Shown one piece after another: positions 8,301 through 9,687 of a DNA stretch of 9,687 nt (its first letter is position 1; each line of letters starts with the position of its first letter). The stretch is taken from assembly GCA_016748015.1 (NCBI GenBank), contig JAAOMT010000409.1, positions 1 through 9,687 of the forward strand, read 5' to 3'. The notes beneath the pieces are model-generated. The model was not told the origin of the DNA and did no database searches. It saw nothing but the letters and a program-made list of their open reading frames with translations. Origin of the DNA: Geosiphon pyriformis uo1. Taxonomy: Eukaryota; Fungi; Glomeromycota. The position numbers and the translations under genes are program-made.

Positions 8301-9687
8301 ATATCCCAAATATCCCTGACCCCCTTTACCCTCTATACTCCATATCCCATCTCCTCTCTACCCAGTATCACATACCCACCATCCCTAGTACACCAAATAC
8401 CACTCAATTAGCAATACCTCTAAAGACTAAAAGATACGATGTATGGTAGCCATAACCACTAACACTCAAGCTAATAAGATCACCAATGAGGTCCAGGATA
8501 TACACTAAAATAGCGCATGCAAACTAACAATGTATAGCCGATATACACCATACCCACACCACTATGGGTTGTAAGGAGTAGGTAGCCAGCAGCCCAATAG
8601 CAGGGAACTAACACTACCAAGGATAATGCTTGCTGCAGTGTAAGTATAATGCCCTAATGCAATAGACACCTTAGTACTAACTAATAATACAATAAGATTA
8701 CTACCAACCTAGAGATGGTACCAATTAGCCTCAAATACCATAGATAGTGAAGTCTCGGTAGTTTATAGCCCAATAGGTGCCCCAAAGTACAGCCACTGAA
8801 TCCCCACGGTACCAACTAATGCCAGAATCATACCAGCCAAGATCAAATGGGGTCCATTGCCAAAGTACTAACTTAGGTAAGGATAGACACACAAACTATA
8901 TAACCATCACAAGGATCATTTAAAGGTTAGTGGAAGTTGAATTTGAGCCTGGGATAGGGTAGCCAATTAGTTAGTACTCCGATTGGGCCTGCTCCCCAAC
9001 TATGGTAATTTACACTTTGGGATCATGGGAATTCCACTCTGGTAGTAGCCAGTACCTACTAAGATAAGATATAACCACCATTGAACAATAACTACCAATA
9101 ATGAGGATACTGTAAGGATCATGCTAAGATCATTTAAGGGAGCCTATTCGATTGTATGGGCCCCACTACAATAGTGGTTTAAGCTAAAATGACACTACCA
9201 GCATAGGATAGCATCAATTTCACCCCTAACCTGAAGCACCTAAACTCTACAAAGGTAGTTTCATATCTCATGGTAAGATCCACAAGTTTTATTGGTGTGG
9301 GAAGGACTATTGTAGGTCCCCTAATAGGCTGCCCAGTAGCCAATAATCAAGCAAGAGTTCAAACTACAAACACTCTATAGGTATTCAATGGTACCTCCTA
9401 GCTATAGGGAACTATGAAGACTCCACAGCATCCCTAATCGAGGTATCTACGTTGGTAAGACACATAGCACTTTGAGAAGGATCATATTTAGAAATATTAC
9501 CGACCTGACACTATGAACAACCACTACCATTGCTAAGATAGGGAACTACCAATTAGAGTAGCCCTAATAGACAACGGATCGATTGCCCAAAGAGTAGGCA
9601 CCAAATGAGGTCCCCAATAGGATACAATGACACACTGTAGTGGAAGTTTGAATTAAGCCTGGCAGCCCTATCTACTATCCCCAATGA
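8178..9687 (+). repeat. Terminal direct repeat, copy 2 (circular overlap or start of the next tandem unit)
   Basis: Matches 1-1510 at a constant offset of 8177 and runs to the last base of the window. Confidence 0.97.
8406..9687 (+). rRNA. Redundant re-read of SSU rRNA copy A inside the terminal repeat (truncated by the window end)
   Basis: Same sequence as 229-1510 at offset 8177. Confidence 0.6.

Larger units (their letters stand above)
2331..8405. other. Long non-coding, strand-asymmetric low-complexity region (C/A-rich, G-poor on +)
   Basis: Line 2581-2640 has 3 G in 60 nt, versus 14 G in 60 nt at 961-1020. The region is built from recurring words such as ATACCC, CTACCC, ATATCCC and TACCAC. 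Its ORFs translate to P/T/H/Y/I-rich (+) or G/W/V/M-rich (-) compositional artefacts. Confidence 0.85.

Overview
This window has no credible protein-coding gene. Bases 1-1510 recur at 8178-9687, which points to an 8177-bp circle (or tandem unit) read past its junction. About 2.1 kb of the circle (~229-2330) has near-balanced composition. By eye, it carries short motifs on the + strand that match the universal bacterial/plastid SSU (16S) rRNA landmarks in the correct order but are extremely diverged. One copy covers roughly E. coli positions 240-1200 or 1400. A second, independently diverged copy covering roughly 10-690 follows it, so the 5' domain appears only downstream of the 3' domain. The other ~6 kb is non-coding, C/A-rich and G-poor on +. 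It is studded with 13-bp pseudo-palindromes (4-bp arm, 5-nt spacer, 4-bp arm) whose arms co-vary, and it has a distinct central sub-domain (~3300-5260). Best interpretation (inference): a single-gene organellar minicircle resembling peridinin-dinoflagellate plastid minicircles, carrying a permuted, duplicated and possibly RNA-edited 16S rRNA. All rRNA alignments were made by eye against remembered consensus sequences and need a covariance-model test.
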